Assembly: GCA_965277715.1 (NCBI GenBank)
Contig: OZ255836.1
Location: 2,176,001 to 2,240,000 of the forward strand
Source of the DNA: Gammaproteobacteria bacterium
Lineage (GTDB): Bacteria; Pseudomonadota; Gammaproteobacteria; JBCCGL01
Length of the DNA: 64,000 bases
Reading direction: 5' to 3'
Shown here: positions 20,565 to 28,923 of the stretch, one piece after another
How positions within the stretch are numbered: position 1 is the stretch's first letter
Layout: each line of letters starts with the position of its first letter
Position numbers and translations under genes: made by a program
Notes under the pieces: model-generated
What the model saw: the letters and a program-made list of their open reading frames with translations, nothing else
Database searches by the model: none
Told to the model about the DNA's origin: nothing

Positions 20565-21737
20565 TTAATGCGCCACACCGGGGTAATCGATACGTGTGCC
20601 CGATACGGCATCCCCCAATGGCGTGGTAATCAATAATTCGCCGTCCACAAGCCCTTTATCAATCACCGCATCCCGCTCATCACGCCACACTACCGATACC
20701 TGACGGCGGGTGACCTGCCCATCGATGGCGAGTAGTACCTGATCGCCCTGCAACAGCAAACGGCGCGGAATAACATACACATCATCGAGCTTGTCAGCCG
20801 TGATGCCCGCTTCGACAAACTGGCCAATTTTAGGTAACGGCCACTCGCTGTCGCTATTACCAAATGGCGTTTGGATTTCACCCACAACAAACAGTTGCCG
20901 GGTGCTGGTATCAATTTCACTCTCGGTGCGCACAATCTGGCCAGGGTATTGCCAACGCCGCCCCCCCTGTTCGATAAAAAAGTCTACCGGCGTAAAAAAC
21001 GCCTCATCCGATTGCTCATCGCGGCGGCGCTCCGGCAATCGGATATGTGCTAACTGTGCGCTGTTGAGCGGCAGGCGCACCTCCAACACATCGCTGGCAA
21101 AGATGTTTGCCAGCGATGTGCCCGCCGCCACGTATTGACCCACATCGACCTGGGTGTTCTGCACACGGCCATCGTAGGGGGCGATAATGTTTGTTCGCCG
21201 CAGGTCAAGTTTGGTGCGTTCCACTTGTGCCTCAGCGGCGAGTACCTCCGCTTTCGCCGCCTCGGCCTGCGGGATACGTAACACCAGTGCATTGGGTTTG
21301 TTCTTACGGTTTAGGCTTTTCCACTCTTCGGCGGCTTGTTTGCCACGCGCTCTTTCCTCGGCCAGGGCGGCACGGGCTTTTAGTAGCGGTGCCTCGGCGT
21401 TGCGCACCGCAATCCGGTAATCACTGTCGTCGATGCGCAGCAGGCGGTCTCCCTTGGAAAAATACCCACCGTTGTGGAAAGCCTCCGCCACCTCCACCAC
21501 CATGCCCGATACCTGGGGTATCAGTGTCGTCTGCGTGCGCGGCGTCAAGGTACCAAAGGTGCGCAACACAATCTGGTAATGGCGCGACTGCATCGCCTGC
21601 ACCTCTACCGGCGTGGCCAGGGAACGGGCAGGTGGCGCCTTTGCAGCACGGGGGGGGTTGCTGATAATGTCTCTGACGATGAAATACCCACCAGTCAATA
21701 TCAGCACGGGAAGTAAAATTTGAATCAACAGACGCAC
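20565..21737 (-). CDS. RND periplasmic adaptor (membrane fusion protein)
   Basis: N-terminal TM segment; lipoyl-like 'PQVSGMVVEV...KGDRLLRID'; coiled coil; 'IIAPYDGRV...VGQYV'. Confidence 0.93.
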   Translation of the reverse strand: MRLLIQILLPVLILTGGYFIVRDIISNPPRAAKAPPARSLATPVEVQAMQSRHYQIVLRTFGTLTPRTQTTLIPQVSGMVVEVAEAFHNGGYFSKGDRLLRIDDSDYRIAVRNAEAPLLKARAALAEERARGKQAAEEWKSLNRKNKPNALVLRIPQAEAAKAEVLAAEAQVERTKLDLRRTNIIAPYDGRVQNTQVDVGQYVAAGTSLANIFASDVLEVRLPLNSAQLAHIRLPERRRDEQSDEAFFTPVDFFIEQGGRRWQYPGQIVRTESEIDTSTRQLFVVGEIQTPFGNSDSEWPLPKIGQFVEAGITADKLDDVYVIPRRLLLQGDQVLLAIDGQVTRRQVSVVWRDERDAVIDKGLVDGELLITTPLGDAVSGTRIDYPGVAH

Positions 21738-21844
21738 AGTGAAGTTTAGCCCGGTTCCTTAAACCTAAATTTAAGTTGGCAATACTACCAAAGTGCGCCT
21801 TTCAGAGTGATACTGTTTATCCACTTGTTAACCAACCTTACCGA

Positions 21845-23044
21845 ATGAGAACATTTACCGCGCTACCGCCACTATCGCTTTATATCCACCTGCCCTGGTG
21901 CGAGAAAAAATGCCCCTATTGCGATTTCAATTCACATACGCGACACCACACGCAATACCAGGCAACAGCCGATAAGCACCTCCCTGAAAAAGACTATGTC
22001 GAGGCCCTGCTGGCAGATCTCGCCCAGGATTTACCCCAGGTGTGGGGGAGAAAGATCGACACTGTATTTATTGGCGGAGGCACCCCCAGTTTGTTCTCGG
22101 CGCAGGCGATTGATGATTTGCTCGCCGGGGTACGCGCACTGACCAACCTGCACCCCGGTATCGAGGTTACCATGGAAGCCAACCCCGGCAGTGCCGAGCG
22201 GGAAAAGTTTACCGACTTCCGCGCAGCGGGAATCAACCGGCTGTCTATCGGTGTGCAAAGTTTTAACGACGAACACCTGCAAGCACTGGGCCGCGTGCAC
22301 GATGCGGCACAGGCGGTATACGCCGCCGAGGCAGCACACGCCGCCGGGTTTGCATCATTCAATATCGATTTAATGTTCGGCCTGCCCAAACAATCAGCGC
22401 AGCAGGCGCTGGCAGATATCGAACAGGCGATTGCGCTATCCCCCCAGCACATCTCTTATTACCAACTCACACTGGAACCCAATACCTTATTTTACCAACG
22501 CCCACCGACACTACCCGATGAAGACACCAGTTGGGCTATTCAACAGTCTGCCCAACAGTCACTGGAACGCACCGGGTTCGGACAGTATGAGATCTCGGCC
22601 TATGCACAACCGAATTACCGCTGTAAACACAACCTCAACTATTGGCAATTTGGTGACTACCTGGGTATTGGCGCAGGCGCGCATGGCAAAATAAGCAACC
22701 CGGCCAGCGGCGCCATTACCCGCACCATCAAACGCCGACAACCAGACGATTATATGCAACAGGCGCATACCGCCGCACGCCTGCTCAATGAGCGCACCCT
22801 CTCGCTGGATGAAACCTGTATCGAATTTATGATGAATGCCATGCGTCTGAAACAGGGTGTACCGGCGCACCTGTTTCTAAGCCACACAGGTTTGCCGTTA
22901 GCCCGCTTTCAACACGTACTGGAAACGGCACAGAAACAGGGGCTACTCCACTGGGATCATCAATTACTTTGCCCAAGTGATAAAGGTTTTCTGTTTCTCA
23001 ACGATTTATTGTCTATATTAATGGATGAGCCTGCACCGACATGA
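21845..23044 (+). CDS. hemW: Radical SAM heme chaperone HemW
   Basis: 'LSLYIHLPWCEKKCPYCDFNS', 'FIGGGTPS', 'YEISAYA...HNLNYWQFGDYLGIGAGAHGK'. Confidence 0.93.
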   Translation: MRTFTALPPLSLYIHLPWCEKKCPYCDFNSHTRHHTQYQATADKHLPEKDYVEALLADLAQDLPQVWGRKIDTVFIGGGTPSLFSAQAIDDLLAGVRALTNLHPGIEVTMEANPGSAEREKFTDFRAAGINRLSIGVQSFNDEHLQALGRVHDAAQAVYAAEAAHAAGFASFNIDLMFGLPKQSAQQALADIEQAIALSPQHISYYQLTLEPNTLFYQRPPTLPDEDTSWAIQQSAQQSLERTGFGQYEISAYAQPNYRCKHNLNYWQFGDYLGIGAGAHGKISNPASGAITRTIKRRQPDDYMQQAHTAARLLNERTLSLDETCIEFMMNAMRLKQGVPAHLFLSHTGLPLARFQHVLETAQKQGLLHWDHQLLCPSDKGFLFLNDLLSILMDEPAPT

Positions 23045-23235
23045 GCGATCTTGAAGAAGTGCGGGTTATGTGCCCGTACTGCGGTTCGGGTTTTATTGCA
23101 CTTATTGAAGCGTCAATAGAGAATCAACACTATATCGAAGACTGCCGTGCCTGTTGCTCACCGATCAACTTTGTTGTTTCGGTGGGCTGCGATAATCAAC
23201 AGCTGTACGTAAGGACGCTCAGAGATGATGAATAA
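23041..23235 (+). CDS. CPXCG-motif cysteine-rich small protein
   Basis: 'CPYCG...YIEDCRACCSPI'; overlaps the hemW stop. Confidence 0.85.
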   Translation: MSDLEEVRVMCPYCGSGFIALIEASIENQHYIEDCRACCSPINFVVSVGCDNQQLYVRTLRDDE

Positions 23236-23479
23236 ATATATCCCAATTGCCTGTGAAGTATACGGTAACTACGAGCTGGCTATTCTGCGCCATGCGCAGA
23301 TGCGGTTTTGCTGGCATGCACGCGGTGGTATTGCGCGTATTGAATCGCTGGTGCCGATGAGTATCCGCACACACCGCCAGGGGGAGTTTATCGTGCTGCG
23401 CAACCGCCGGGGCGGCGTGCGCGTGGTGCGACTCGACCGTATTATCAGCGCTACCCTGCTGCGGCCTAAAAAACAGTGA
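23225..23479 (+). CDS. rof: Rho-binding antiterminator Rof/YaeO-like
   Basis: 'YIPIACEVYGNYELAI...GEFI...VRLDRI' matches the Rof pattern Y.PI.C..YD..ELA...RLD.I. Confidence 0.75.
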   Translation: MMNKYIPIACEVYGNYELAILRHAQMRFCWHARGGIARIESLVPMSIRTHRQGEFIVLRNRRGGVRVVRLDRIISATLLRPKKQ

Positions 23480-23486
23480 GCGGAAG

Positions 23487-23586
23487 GGTTAGTCCACAAG
23501 CGCCCCGGAACTGCGTTTTTTTTACTCGCCATAGCACCCTATGGTTGCGCAAAAACGCCTTGCTCTGCCACGCTTGTGGGCTAACC
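23487..23586. repeat. ~100-bp palindromic intergenic element (MITE/ERIC-like)
   Basis: GGTTAGTCCACAAGCG (23487-23502) pairs with CGCTTGTGGGCTAACC (23571-23586); inner stems GCGTTTTT/AAAAACGC and CCATAG/CTATGG. Confidence 0.7.
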
Positions 23587-23597
23587 GAACCCGTCAA

Positions 23598-23692
23598 CCT
23601 AAATTCCGCAGTTGAATCGTAGCGAGGGCGTCTAATGCGCTTCATCTTCAGTGCATTAGGTGGTCGCAATAGATTCAACTGTGGAATTTAGG
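23598..23692. mobile_element. 95-bp MITE with 21-bp terminal inverted repeats and 5-bp target-site duplication GTCAA
   Basis: CCTAAATTCCGCAGTTGAATC ... GATTCAACTGTGGAATTTAGG (1 mismatch); GTCAA at 23593-23597 and 23693-23697. Confidence 0.8.
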
Positions 23693-23725
23693 GTCAATAT
23701 AAGGTAGACGGTGTACTGGTTATTG
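23693..23725. repeat. Dispersed repeat copy 1 (GTCAATATAAGGYAGRCGGTGTACTGGTTATTG)
   Basis: 31/33 identical to 46972-47004. Confidence 0.8.
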
Positions 23726-24256
23726 TGCGGTCTTAACGCCCAATAACGCGTCCTGGTCTAACTTGCGCTGCTCAAGCGTTTCCTGCAGCTTATTGGCATC
23801 CTCAAAAAGCTTTTTGACCGCATCCGGTGAATACGGCGACGCCACGCCTGTTTGCGTCGAGGCTTGAGCAGCGGGTTTCGCTTCGTCCGATTCAGCCTCC
23901 TGCTCAGGTGCTTTGAGTGATTGCACAATATTTTCATTGGGCCTTAGAGTAACCTCACGCAACGAGGCCGCATTGTCAGGCGGAGCCTCACCGTAGTGCC
24001 AGGCACCACTGGCATCCTGCCATTTATAGACGGTCTGCTTGTCACCGCCCTTCAGGTTCTCACTCACCTCTTCCGGTAACTGCCCAACTGATTCGCCTAT
24101 ACCGTTAAATTTGGCCATCATATTTCCGCCTATTCCCTCAAAAACGGCCACGGGGTTACCACCATTGAGGTAAGTGAGGTAAGACATTATTCCAAATATA
24201 ATGCACAGTGGTATCATCGCTTTAAACAACAATTTGAAAACCAAACCAACCATCAA
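23720..24256 (-). CDS. DUF4124 domain membrane protein
   Basis: N-terminal TM segment; 'TVYKWQDASGAWHYGEAPP'. Confidence 0.82.
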   Translation of the reverse strand: MMVGLVFKLLFKAMIPLCIIFGIMSYLTYLNGGNPVAVFEGIGGNMMAKFNGIGESVGQLPEEVSENLKGGDKQTVYKWQDASGAWHYGEAPPDNAASLREVTLRPNENIVQSLKAPEQEAESDEAKPAAQASTQTGVASPYSPDAVKKLFEDANKLQETLEQRKLDQDALLGVKTAQ

Positions 24257-24465
24257 TGGCTCCTTATCAGGGCTAAATCAGGGCTAATTGCCTGTAAGCA
24301 GAGTCTACACCCATAAAGCCGGGTTTTACATCGTCTACCTTATTGACTGGTTCAGCGTTGCGTTGTTGGCACTGAACAAGGCGCGCTGGCTTGCCATAGT
24401 GGTTCTATGGCAAGCCAGTGCAACGCCGGGTAGCAATAACGCAATAAAACCAATATTATTATATA

Positions 24466-24834
24466 GATCAATAGGTTGTGTAACATATCAAGATACAGCC
24501 ACATGTTTGGGTTATACACACACCAGCAAGCTGCTATGGTTTTTTACGCACGTGCGTCCATAATTTTGACAGTCGAGCAAAGAATTACCTTAACTCATTG
24601 ATTTATATATATTTAAAAAATATGATCAGTTTTTAAACAAATAGACTAAACCCCATGCTGACTGCGGTTTACAGGCCACTAACACCAAGTCATCCACACA
24701 CTTATCCACAGAGAATGTGTAAAAAAAATAACACCAGAAACATCAATAATTTACAGCCCATTTTCACAGTAATTAATGGGATATGGCAGGCTTTAAACAA
24801 ACGGCTGAATGAGAAAATTCGCTTGTTATCAACA
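24466..24834. promoter_or_regulatory. Cluster of DnaA boxes and IHF sites with an AT-rich tract
   Basis: DnaA: TTATACACA 24512-24520, TCATCCACA 24690-24698, TTATCCACA 24702-24710, TTATCAACA 24826-24834. IHF (WATCAA-N4-TTR): perfect on the minus strand at 24591-24603, 1-mismatch at 24466-24478 and 24741-24753. AT tract at 24601-24643. Confidence 0.6.
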
Positions 24835-24859
24835 CTGAAATCCGCTAGAATCCCGCGCC
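24823..24859 (+). promoter_or_regulatory. Putative rpmE sigma70 promoter TTGTTA-N17-TAGAAT with GC-rich discriminator
   Basis: -35 at 24823-24828, -10 at 24846-24851, followed by CCCGCGCC, typical of stringently controlled r-protein promoters. Confidence 0.55.
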
Positions 24860-24887
24860 TTTTCACCCTGCAAGCATTGAGACCAAC

Positions 24888-25088
24888 ATGAAACCGGATA
24901 CACATCCCGCCTATAACGCACTCTCCGTTACCTGTAGCTGCGGTGAAGTGTTCCAAACCCGCTCGACACTCGGTAGAGACCTGAATGTGGAGGTCTGCTC
25001 AAAATGTCATCCATTCTATACCGGCAAACAGAAGATGTTGGACACCGCCGGTCAGGTCGATAAGTTCCGCCGTCGCTACGGGGGTTAA
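24888..25088 (+). CDS. rpmE: 50S ribosomal protein L31 (zinc-binding C+ type)
   Basis: 'MKPDTHPAY...CSCG...[31 protein letters not shown]'. Confidence 0.98.
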   Translation: MKPDTHPAYNALSVTCSCGEVFQTRSTLGRDLNVEVCSKCHPFYTGKQKMLDTAGQVDKFRRRYGG

Positions 25089-25113
25089 CCGCCCGACACC
25101 CAGGCATTCCCCA

Positions 25114-25905
25114 GTGGTTGCCCGCCTGAATAATAAAAAAGCGCTCATAATGAGCGCTTTTTTATTGCCCACTCTCTTGTCAGTGAATACCCTCACTGCC
25201 GCCAACGACTGCCCACCAGACCGTATCGATGCCAGCCACCAGGTAGCGCATATATACGATGGCGATACTGTACGCCTGCGCAATGGTGACAAAGTGCGTT
25301 TTATTGGCATTAACACCCCAGAGATCGGCCGCGACGGCAAACCCTCTGAAGCCTTTGCCCGCAAAGCCAAAAATCGCCTGGCACAATTGCTAAAAAATCA
25401 CAACTACATCCTCAATCTGCGCTATGGCAACGAACAGCGGGATCGCTACCAGCGCCTGCTGGCACACGCTTACCTGGCAGACAACCGCAGCATTGGCGCT
25501 ATTTTATTGCGCGAGGGGCTGGCGGTACAGGTCACCATTCCACCCAACGTGCGTAACTTGCGCTGCTACCACAAGGCAGAGTCGATAGCCCGTGCTGTAC
25601 GTCGTGGCATCTGGTCACTGGCCCAATCAAACGGTGTCGACGCCAGCAAACTCACAGATAAAACCAAAGGCTTTCGCATTATCAGTGGCCTCGTTAATGG
25701 CATCCATCGACAGCGTGATGTCCTGTATTTAAACCTGCAAGACCGCCTTAACCTGCGTATTGATAAAGGTGACCGGAAATACTTCGATCCCGCTTTTTTA
25801 CAAGGGCTTAAAGGCAGGCGAATACGGGTGCGTGGCTGGGTCAGTGCGCGCAACCATGTACTTCAGATGCGGCTTCGGCACCCGGCGGCCATTGAGGTAG
25901 AATAA
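25114..25905 (+). CDS. Thermonuclease (SNase) family secreted nuclease
   Basis: 'IYDGDTVRL...VRFIGINTPE', 'DRYQRLLAH', 'LLREGLA', 'ARAVRRGIW'; start uncertain (GTG 25114 or ATG 25150). Confidence 0.88.
   Translation: MVARLNNKKALIMSAFLLPTLLSVNTLTAANDCPPDRIDASHQVAHIYDGDTVRLRNGDKVRFIGINTPEIGRDGKPSEAFARKAKNRLAQLLKNHNYILNLRYGNEQRDRYQRLLAHAYLADNRSIGAILLREGLAVQVTIPPNVRNLRCYHKAESIARAVRRGIWSLAQSNGVDASKLTDKTKGFRIISGLVNGIHRQRDVLYLNLQDRLNLRIDKGDRKYFDPAFLQGLKGRRIRVRGWVSARNHVLQMRLRHPAAIEVE
25132..25166. terminator. Intrinsic terminator after rpmE (bidirectional-type hairpin)
   Basis: AATAAAAAAGCGCTCAT-A-ATGAGCGCTTTTTTATT, a perfect inverted repeat with A/T tails. Confidence 0.8.
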
Positions 25906-25933
25906 GCCCACTAGCCCGGATGTTTCACACACT

Positions 25934-27418
25934 ATGAAAAACCTACCCCACGCTGTTGTTACGCTATCACGCCTTTTATTACTGGGCATTCTGCTGTTTA
26001 CGCAGCTCAGTGGTTGCGCTGTCAATCCAGTGTCTGGCGAGCGCGACTTCGTCCTTATGACAGAAAAGCAGGAAGTGAGCGTCGGCAATCAGTACCACCA
26101 GGAAATCCTCAAGCAATACAAAGTCTACGATGACCCTGCGCTACAAGACTACGTAAACCAGATTGGCCAGGAGCTGGCAAAAAACAGCCACCGCAAACAA
26201 TTGACATTCCATTTCACGGTACTCGACAGCCCTGAAGTCAACGCGTTTGCACTGCCTGGCGGCTATATTTATATTACCCGTGGCATCATGGCCTACCTCA
26301 ATTCCGAAGCCGAGCTGGCCGGTGTGCTCGGGCATGAGATTGGCCATGTGACAGCGCGCCACTCGGTACGCCAGCAAAGCGCTTCGCAGGTGACCGGGTT
26401 GCTCGGCGGCCTTCTCAATGCAGCCACAGGACAAGACCCAGGGCGCGGCCTATTCTCTCAGCTCGGCGTCGCACTCACCCGAGGCTACGGTCGAGATCAC
26501 GAACTCCAGGCAGACAACCTCGGCGCGCAATATCTGGCGCGGATTGGTTATGCCCCAGACAACATGATCAACGTTATAAGCGTATTGAAAAACCAGGAGC
26601 TGTTTGAAAAAGAGCGCGCCAAACGTGAAGGCCGCAAGGCACAAACCTACCACGGTGTATTCGCCAGCCACCCCAGAAATGACAAACGGCTCAGCAGAGC
26701 CGTCAATTCGGCCAACCAATACCGCAGTGGGCAAAACCGTGCGATTGGCCGGGCGCGTTATCTGAATAAAATTGACGGCTTGTTATTTGGGCAAAATGCC
26801 GACGATGGCATAGTGCGCAATAACGCTTTCTACCATGCAAAACTCAACGCCAAACTGTTGGCACCACAAGGTTGGCGTATCGAGAACCGACCAGACAAGC
26901 TGTTGTTTATCGCCCCAAACCAGGCGGCATTGCTGCAAATAGAACTTTTGCCGCGCCCCCAGAAACACAGCGCAAAAAAGGTGCTGCTCGACCATTTAAA
27001 GCGCCGGTCGCTCAGTGAGTCGGCGTCCCTATCTGCAAACGGCATGCAAGGCTATACCGGTGTCACGGTGATCAATAACATCCCGTTTGGCAAGCGCAAG
27101 GTGCGCTACAGCGTGTGGCTGCGCGATCAATACGCCTGGGTATTCGCCGCGACGACAAAACAACCTGGCGACTTCAAGCGGTTTGCCCCAGCCTTTGAGC
27201 AGGCGGTAAATAGCCTGGATAAGCTGAGTAAAAAAGAGCACCAGTTGGCACAGCCATTGCGCCTAAAGGTTATCCGCACGACGGCTGACAGCCGTTACAA
27301 AACACTGGCGGCAGATTCATCGCTGGGCAATTACGCCGAGTCACAACTGCGCCTGCTAAATGCCAGCTATCCAGCGAGCAGACTGGCGCCTAACACCTTG
27401 ATTAAAACAGTCCAGTAG
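25934..27418 (+). CDS. M48-family zinc metalloprotease lipoprotein
   Basis: Lipobox 'LSGC-AVNP'; 'NAFALPGG', 'VLGHEIGHV', 'ELQAD', 'SHP'. Confidence 0.9.
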   Translation: MKNLPHAVVTLSRLLLLGILLFTQLSGCAVNPVSGERDFVLMTEKQEVSVGNQYHQEILKQYKVYDDPALQDYVNQIGQELAKNSHRKQLTFHFTVLDSPEVNAFALPGGYIYITRGIMAYLNSEAELAGVLGHEIGHVTARHSVRQQSASQVTGLLGGLLNAATGQDPGRGLFSQLGVALTRGYGRDHELQADNLGAQYLARIGYAPDNMINVISVLKNQELFEKERAKREGRKAQTYHGVFASHPRNDKRLSRAVNSANQYRSGQNRAIGRARYLNKIDGLLFGQNADDGIVRNNAFYHAKLNAKLLAPQGWRIENRPDKLLFIAPNQAALLQIELLPRPQKHSAKKVLLDHLKRRSLSESASLSANGMQGYTGVTVINNIPFGKRKVRYSVWLRDQYAWVFAATTKQPGDFKRFAPAFEQAVNSLDKLSKKEHQLAQPLRLKVIRTTADSRYKTLAADSSLGNYAESQLRLLNASYPASRLAPNTLIKTVQ

Positions 27419-27430
27419 TCTCTCGCTTCG

Positions 27431-28342
27431 GTGAATAAACCACTGCCTGGCATGTATTTTATTGACGCCAGTATTTATATTTTTCGCGGCTGGTTCGCGC
27501 TACCGGAAACGCTCACAGACAAGCAGGGCAACCCCATTAATGCAGTGCTCGGCTTCACCGATTTTTTACTGCAATTGATCGAACAGAAAAAACCAGAGCA
27601 CATCGCCTGTGCATTTGATACCAGTCACCGCACGTCTATTCGAAAAACCATTTATCCCGATTACAAGGCCAACCGGGCGCCCGCACCGGACTCCCTGAAG
27701 TACCAGTTTGCCATTTGTCGGGAATGGGTTAAAGCGCTCGGGTTAGCGGGGTTTGCCAGCGAACACTACGAGGCAGACGATATTCTCGGCACCTTCGCGC
27801 AACATGCGCAGCATCAACAAACACCGTTTGTTGTGGCCACCGCCGATAAAGACCTGACCCAATTGATTGGCAAACAGGATTACTGGTGGAGTGCCACCAA
27901 TAACTACTGGCTTAATTATCGCAGTATTGAAAAGCGTTTTGGCGTACGCCCTGAGCAGATCGCCGACCTATTGGCATTGAGCGGTGATAAAGTCGATAAC
28001 ATTCCCGGCGTACCGGGTATCGGCATGACCACGGCTGCCCGTTTGCTGACCAAATGGGGAAATATCGATACCTTGTACAGCAACCTCGCAAAAGTAGGGC
28101 TAATGCAATTTCGCGGGGCAAAACGTATTCAACAGTTGCTTGGCGAACACCAGGATACTGTCGAAATAGCCCGCCAGCTAACCCCCGTATATATTGATGC
28201 CTCATTACCAAAAGACCTCGGTTGTCTGCGACCAGGCGCTATCGATAGCACGGAACTGGTGAGATTTTATCGATTACTAGGGTTTGACCAACAGCGCTGC
28301 CATCGCTGGGATAAAATCGCACACAATAGGCAATCGGTTTAA
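27431..28342 (+). CDS. Stand-alone 5'-3' exonuclease / flap endonuclease (Pol I N-terminal-like)
   Basis: 'IDASIYIFR', 'YKANR', 'EADDILGT', 'ADKDL', '[14 protein letters not shown]'. Confidence 0.9.
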   Translation: MNKPLPGMYFIDASIYIFRGWFALPETLTDKQGNPINAVLGFTDFLLQLIEQKKPEHIACAFDTSHRTSIRKTIYPDYKANRAPAPDSLKYQFAICREWVKALGLAGFASEHYEADDILGTFAQHAQHQQTPFVVATADKDLTQLIGKQDYWWSATNNYWLNYRSIEKRFGVRPEQIADLLALSGDKVDNIPGVPGIGMTTAARLLTKWGNIDTLYSNLAKVGLMQFRGAKRIQQLLGEHQDTVEIARQLTPVYIDASLPKDLGCLRPGAIDSTELVRFYRLLGFDQQRCHRWDKIAHNRQSV

Positions 28343-28344
28343 AA

Positions 28345-28923
28345 GTGCGCCAACTACTGCTTTTTAACAAACCGTTTGGTGTGCTTTGCCAGTTTACAGG
28401 TGAAGCGGGGCAATTAACGTTGGCCAACTTTATTCCCCAAAAAGAAGTTTACCCCGCCGGTAGATTGGACAAAGACAGCGAAGGCTTATTACTGCTAACC
28501 AATGACGGTAAATTGCAGCACCGTATCAGCGATCCAAAACATAAACTGGAAAAAACCTATTGGGTACAGGTTGAAGGGCATATCGATACGCAGGCGCTCA
28601 ACGCACTGCGACGCGGTGTCAGGTTGAAAGACGGGCTTACAAGGCCAACGAAAGCGATAGCGATAACAGAAAATGTCGGGCCAAAGAACGTATGGCCACG
28701 CACACCGCCGATTCGCGTACGCAAGAACATACCAGACAGTTGGCTGGAACTGACATTGACCGAGGGGCGCAATCGACAGGTTCGGCGTATGACTGCAGCG
28801 GTCGGCTTTCCCACGCTGCGGCTCATCCGCGCCCGGATCGGCCCTTGGCAACTGGATCATTTACAACCAGGCGCATGGTGCGCCGGAAACCTGTCGGGCT
28901 TAGGTATTCGCAGTGAAGATTAA
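28345..28923 (+). CDS. rluE: 23S rRNA pseudouridine synthase RluE
   Basis: '[14 protein letters not shown]', '[15 protein letters not shown]', '[16 protein letters not shown]', '[23 protein letters not shown]'. Confidence 0.88.
   Translation: MRQLLLFNKPFGVLCQFTGEAGQLTLANFIPQKEVYPAGRLDKDSEGLLLLTNDGKLQHRISDPKHKLEKTYWVQVEGHIDTQALNALRRGVRLKDGLTRPTKAIAITENVGPKNVWPRTPPIRVRKNIPDSWLELTLTEGRNRQVRRMTAAVGFPTLRLIRARIGPWQLDHLQPGAWCAGNLSGLGIRSED

Noticed and set aside
24466-24834. Firm call as oriC
   Set aside because: No dnaA, dnaN, gidA or rpmH nearby, few GATC sites, and GC skew cannot be evaluated; kept only as a DnaA/IHF cluster.
24288-24956. Short ORFs 24288-24563, 24655-24891 and 24702-24956
   Set aside because: No recognisable motifs or RBS; they lie in an AT-rich regulatory region or antisense to rpmE.
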